Source: Paramicrosporidium saccamoebae KSL3 (lineage: Eukaryota > Fungi > Cryptomycota). Taken from it: a DNA stretch of 32,000 nucleotides. Positions 28,055 to 32,000 of the stretch are shown piece after piece. Where the stretch lies: positions 43,077 through 75,076 of the forward strand of contig MTSL01000050.1 in the NCBI GenBank assembly GCA_002794465.1, read 5' to 3'. Below the pieces are notes generated by a model that saw only the letters and a list, made by a program, of their open reading frames with translations, had not been told where the DNA came from and did no database searches. Made by a program: the position numbers and the translations under genes. Within the stretch, counting starts at the first letter, position 1; the number at the start of each line of letters is the position of its first letter.

Positions 28055-29767
28055 TTAAAGTGGGCCCCAGATCTGCAGAACCAGCATGGCAAATACCAAA
28101 AAAATTACAAAAGCATCATTTGGGGAGCGGTGTATTCGATCCAACTCGGCCGGCAAAGCATAGACCCCCACCTCGCCAATTACTAGGAATGTTGGCAAAG
28201 AGTCCCTAAATGGGCCGTCCAAGTCATCTCTGTCGGGTACACAACCCCACATCTGTGCATACTTGCTATGCCTGGAAAAGGTCCAGTCCAGCTTTCGGTA
28301 TCGTTCATCAGTCCTACGCACGCATGACTCGAAATCAAAGCCAGTGGATTTCCCAAAAAGAGCCTCCCACTCAAAATAGTCATGGCACTCTCCCCAATAT
28401 CCATCATGGCTCCGATTTTCGAATAATAGCCATTTCTTTGTTGGCGCACGAATCGATTCGAAAAGAGACCATGCCGGCATGTAAGTGGTGTTGAGGTCCA
28501 TCTTGCTCGCCATCATATAAATTGCAGTTCTATGGGTGATGGCTGGATGTTCCTTGGAGAGTCTACGATCCATCAAGAACGGGTGTAAGAGCTTCCATCT
28601 TCGGTAATATGACTTTGGATATTGCACAGTCGGGTGTAAGTCGGTGTGATCAGAGAGCGGCTCAGGCGCACCGTTTGGAAAATCCCGATAGTTTACATCA
28701 ATCCTAATGGCAGAATTCACCACATCGTTCATCTCAGAGAAACCGCCATTGCTGACTACAGGGCTATTTGGCCCTTGAATCGAGAGGAGATCTAGTATTG
28801 GCTGCAATACCTTGGTACGATAATCTGATGCGTTGATACATTTTTCGGTGGCCATTAGAAATGGGAGCAAGAGCTGCTGTGGTCTAAAACTATTGCTTTC
28901 TTCCAGTCTTCCTAAAGTATTTGCCAGCAGCTCATGCAATGCTGTCGAAATATTGCGTGTACGTTCCCCCACTGTACCCATGAGTTTGCTTCCCAGCTCA
29001 CTATGAAACATTTTGGTGCATTCATTGTAGTATCCCTTACCCAGGTTCCAAACTGCACAGTTCATAGACTCATAAACGTCGCCTCCCATCTTACGGCGGC
29101 AAAACTCATCTTTGGCGCACACCTCAGCCAGGCCAATCAAACTATCTTTGTGCTTTACTCCTGAAACTGCAGGAACACCTCCGAGAAAGGCACTGTCAAA
29201 TATGTTGGGGGTCAACTGCACGACATGGTGGGCCCATTGAGCGCCATATGAGAACCCACGCAACACAATTCGGATCGAGGTGTCTAATCCCGCTCGTAAT
29301 GCCATGGCAAACATGGACACATCTAGGGCTGCATTAGTCATGGTCAGGTATCGAGTGTCAAAAGCTCTGCCCTCAAATGCTTTTGAAAGCGCGTCGGAGT
29401 TAGAATTTAATACATCCCCGTTTAACGAGAACTCTCCCGAGCGACCTAGACCTCTGTGGTCAATAGTATATGCAGCGATAGACCTACCATGACTATTAAC
29501 CAGCCGGAATGCATTGTGTCGTTCTGTCTTCCCGTCGGAGCCAGGACCACCGGCGAGAAGAATTACATGGACTTTGGGGTGACTATTAGGTTTGATGAGT
29601 CGTTCGACATACAGTGAAAATTTCTTTTCCAATGGTTTGTCGTAATCTGAAGGTACATCCACTCTGCCGCTGTGTACATCAAGTCCCTCAAAAAACCAGC
29701 CTTCTCTAGTGCATGGCCCCCATGTTACCGTAGGATTCAAAGCAGATAATTTGGGCCCATGGTCCAT
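28055..29767 (-). CDS. Alpha/beta-hydrolase copy 6, 570 aa
   Basis: GGPG, YTIDHRGLGRSG, GFSYG, SKMD, NRSHDG, hydrophobic tail. Confidence 0.85.
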   Translation of the reverse strand: MDHGPKLSALNPTVTWGPCTREGWFFEGLDVHSGRVDVPSDYDKPLEKKFSLYVERLIKPNSHPKVHVILLAGGPGSDGKTERHNAFRLVNSHGRSIAAYTIDHRGLGRSGEFSLNGDVLNSNSDALSKAFEGRAFDTRYLTMTNAALDVSMFAMALRAGLDTSIRIVLRGFSYGAQWAHHVVQLTPNIFDSAFLGGVPAVSGVKHKDSLIGLAEVCAKDEFCRRKMGGDVYESMNCAVWNLGKGYYNECTKMFHSELGSKLMGTVGERTRNISTALHELLANTLGRLEESNSFRPQQLLLPFLMATEKCINASDYRTKVLQPILDLLSIQGPNSPVVSNGGFSEMNDVVNSAIRIDVNYRDFPNGAPEPLSDHTDLHPTVQYPKSYYRRWKLLHPFLMDRRLSKEHPAITHRTAIYMMASKMDLNTTYMPAWSLFESIRAPTKKWLLFENRSHDGYWGECHDYFEWEALFGKSTGFDFESCVRRTDERYRKLDWTFSRHSKYAQMWGCVPDRDDLDGPFRDSLPTFLVIGEVGVYALPAELDRIHRSPNDAFVIFLVFAMLVLQIWGPL

Positions 29768-29825
29768 CTAACTCTACGGCCAGGGATCTATTTCAGAATG
29801 CACTCCATAGACATTAATGGGGGTG

Positions 29826-30015
29826 TGACGTAGAGGGTTAATTAGGCGTGTATTTGAGGATAGTTTCCTAGTTTGGAGAAGACCTAGTTGCTGGGTATTT
29901 GAGGACAGTGAGATGTGTATCCATAATATTATAGAATTAGCAGTGAACAAATCCCCCTTTCCGTCTCTTCCCGCTTGACAAAGTCCGTGATTTTATCCCC
30001 ACTACGCGGCAGATG
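29826..30015. other. ~190-nt insertion splitting the upstream block of hydrolase copy 6
   Basis: Its flanks are contiguous in copy 4 (25540-25610). Internal 11-nt direct repeat GTATTTGAGGA (29850, 29895). Imperfect 9-nt subterminal inverted repeat (29829-37 / 29998-30006). Boundaries approximate. Confidence 0.55.
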
Positions 30016-30076
30016 TATTACCTTCACAGAGTAGGGGTAAAGGGCCTTTAGATACCCCACAACTCGAATGAATCTT

Positions 30077-30300
30077 CCATCACTTTGACTACCGGCTTTT
30101 CTTTTTGTTATTAATAATGCCCGCCAGTTATCTGGCACATCTTATCTTCTGCTTACCTCCAGTCTTGCAGCTGGCATCTGTTTTGAATAGCAGTATTCCT
30201 GACCTTTATCTTTTTCTCTGTCACTATAGTGCTCTTAAATAACAGTATACGCTATGTGTAGTATTCCAGATTCAAGTCTCTGCTTGTGGCATCATACGCG
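30077..30300 (+). pseudogene. Decayed SAC1 3' fragment, long type (spacer 6)
   Basis: CGCCAGTT, TATCTTCTGCTTACCTCCAGTCTTGCAGCTGGCA and TACGCTATGTGTAGTAT match SAC1 ~16730-16960. Confidence 0.85.
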
Positions 30301-30417
30301 ATGAACCGTAGGTGTATTCAAAATCGTAATGGCCGGCCTCTTGCTGTTGTGCCTGCAATATCCGGGCTATCTACTGGACTTGCCATGCGGGTACTGTACA
30401 TTTGTCGCAATGCATCA

Positions 30418-32000
30418 TTAGAATGAGCTTTGGAATCTCAGAAACAGTGTTGTAACTACCAAAAGGATTGCAAGCGCATTATTCAGAGGGTGGTATTTTC
30501 GATCCAACTCGGCAGGTGAGGCATAAACTCCCCGATCACCAATCTCTAGGAATGCCGGTATAGGGTCCATGAATGGACCGTCCAAGTCAGTTGTGTCAGG
30601 CACACAGTTCCACATCTGTGCATACTTGTCGTGCTTGGAAAAGGTCCAGTCCAACTCGTATTTCTTGTCAGTCCTACGCACGCATGACGCGAAATCAAAG
30701 CCAGTGGATTTCCCAAAAAGAGCCTCCCACTCAAAGTAGTCACGGCACTCTCCCCAATACCCGTCATAATGCCCACGATTGTCAAACAACAGCCATTTCT
30801 TTGTCGGAGCGTCAATCAAGTCAAAAAGAGACCACACTGGCATGTACGTAGTGTTGAGGTCCATTTTGCTCGCCATCATATACATCGAAGTTCTACGGGT
30901 AATGGCTGGATGCTCCTCAGAGAGCCTGCGATTCACCAGAAACGAACACAGGAGCTTCCATCTTTGGTAATACACTTTCGGATAATACACTGCCGAATGT
31001 AGGTCCGTGTGATCAGAGAGTGGTTCAGGCACACCCTTTGAGAAATCCTGATAGTATACATCAAGCTGAATAACAGAATTCACTACATCATTCCACTCAT
31101 CATTGACTGAATTCTCATTTAATCTTCGCGGCGAAAGAGTTTCTAGTATTGGCTGCAAGACTTTGGTACGGTATTCTGCCGTATTGGTGCATCGTTCAGT
31201 AGCCATCAGAAATGGGAGCAAAAGCTGTTGGGATCTAAAATTATCGCTTTCTTCCTGTTTTCTGGAAGCATTTGTTAACAGATCATACAATATACCCGAG
31301 ATCCTACCAGTACGTTCCCCTACCGTGCCTGTGAGCTCGTTTCGCAACTTGTCATGAAACATCTTGGTGCATTCATTGTGGTACTCCTTTCCCAATTTCC
31401 AAACTGCAGAGTTCATAGACTTGTAAGCATTGCCTCCCACCTTGCGGCGGCAAAACTCGTCTTTGGCACACACTTCAGCCAGGCCAATTAAACTGTCTTT
31501 GTGCTCCACTCCTGAAATTGGAGGAACGCCTCCGAGAAAGGCGCTATCAACTATGTTGGGTGTCAATCGAACGACATGATGGGCCCACCTGGCACCATAG
31601 GACATTCCCCACAAAACAATTCGAGCCAAAGTACCTACTTCCGTTCGTATTGCCATAGCGAGCATGGAAACATCCAACGCCGCATTAGTCAGGATCAAGT
31701 CTCGAACATCAAAAGAACTGCCGCTAAATGCTTCTAAAAGTGCACAATGACTAGCCTCTAACACGGTCCCTTTTAACGGAAACTCTCCCGAGCCTCCTAG
31801 TCCTCTGTGGTCAACAAGATACGCAGCGACAGACCCGCCATACCCTCTGACCAGCCGAATCGCATGATACCGTTCTGTTTTGCCGTCGTGGCCAGGCCCA
31901 CCGGCAAGGAGAATCACATGGACTTCTGGACGACTGTTAGGCATAGTGTATCGTTCAATGTACAGCGAAAATTGCTTTTCTGATGGCTCGTCATAGTCTG
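30418..32000 (-). CDS. Alpha/beta-hydrolase copy 7, 5' end beyond the window
   Basis: Frame is open to position 32000 (DYDEPSEKQFSLYIERYTMP...). GGPG, DHRGLGGSG, GMSYG, SKMD, NRGHYDG, hydrophobic tail. Confidence 0.85.
   Translation of the reverse strand, partial: DYDEPSEKQFSLYIERYTMPNSRPEVHVILLAGGPGHDGKTERYHAIRLVRGYGGSVAAYLVDHRGLGGSGEFPLKGTVLEASHCALLEAFSGSSFDVRDLILTNAALDVSMLAMAIRTEVGTLARIVLWGMSYGARWAHHVVRLTPNIVDSAFLGGVPPISGVEHKDSLIGLAEVCAKDEFCRRKVGGNAYKSMNSAVWKLGKEYHNECTKMFHDKLRNELTGTVGERTGRISGILYDLLTNASRKQEESDNFRSQQLLLPFLMATERCTNTAEYRTKVLQPILETLSPRRLNENSVNDEWNDVVNSVIQLDVYYQDFSKGVPEPLSDHTDLHSAVYYPKVYYQRWKLLCSFLVNRRLSEEHPAITRRTSMYMMASKMDLNTTYMPVWSLFDLIDAPTKKWLLFDNRGHYDGYWGECRDYFEWEALFGKSTGFDFASCVRRTDKKYELDWTFSKHDKYAQMWNCVPDTTDLDGPFMDPIPAFLEIGDRGVYASPAELDRKYHPLNNALAILLVVTTLFLRFQSSF

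Larger units (their letters stand above)
17115..32000 (-). repeat. Tandem gene array, at least 7 units of ~2.1-2.4 kb (hydrolase gene + SAC1 3' relic); runs off the window end
   Basis: Stop-to-stop spacing 2199, 2225, 2248, 2150, 2118 and 2363 nt. Paralogous CDSs and homologous spacers. Confidence 0.95.

Noticed and set aside
17315-31357. Recurrent 60-120 aa antisense and alternate-frame ORFs in each hydrolase (MGRPSH..., MGIGE...)
   Set aside because: Shadows of the paralogous coding strand; lengths and stops vary between copies and they have no recognisable features.
17115-32000. CRISPR array or transposon interpretation of the repeats
   Set aside because: Units are kilobase-scale eukaryotic genes; there are no short repeat-spacer units and no transposase/RT motifs or terminal repeats.

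Overview
Eukaryotic, very gene-dense window with 28-33 nt spliceosomal introns and fungal-type genes. My inference is an early-diverging, genome-reduced fungus (Rozellomycota/Cryptomycota, e.g. Paramicrosporidium-like). Left half (1-17 kb) is housekeeping genes packed 8-30 nt apart: STE14/ICMT, OGG1, MGM1, a small WH2-like ORF, QCR6, a UCH deubiquitinase, an unusually long ATG4, an ABCC transporter, a candidate RNase P/MRP-like RNA, a Tim17-family protein, BCS1 and SAC1 (5 micro-introns, one GC-AG). Right half (17.1-32 kb) is a tandem array of at least 7 intronless, catalytically intact, Cys-rich alpha/beta-hydrolases (S33/TAP-like) with C-terminal hydrophobic tails and no signal peptide. The amplified unit (~2.1-2.4 kb) is the hydrolase plus a decayed copy of the 3' end of the neighbouring SAC1 gene. 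The paralogs are mosaics of each other, with hypervariable loops. All calls come from manual reading and translation; no database searches were run.
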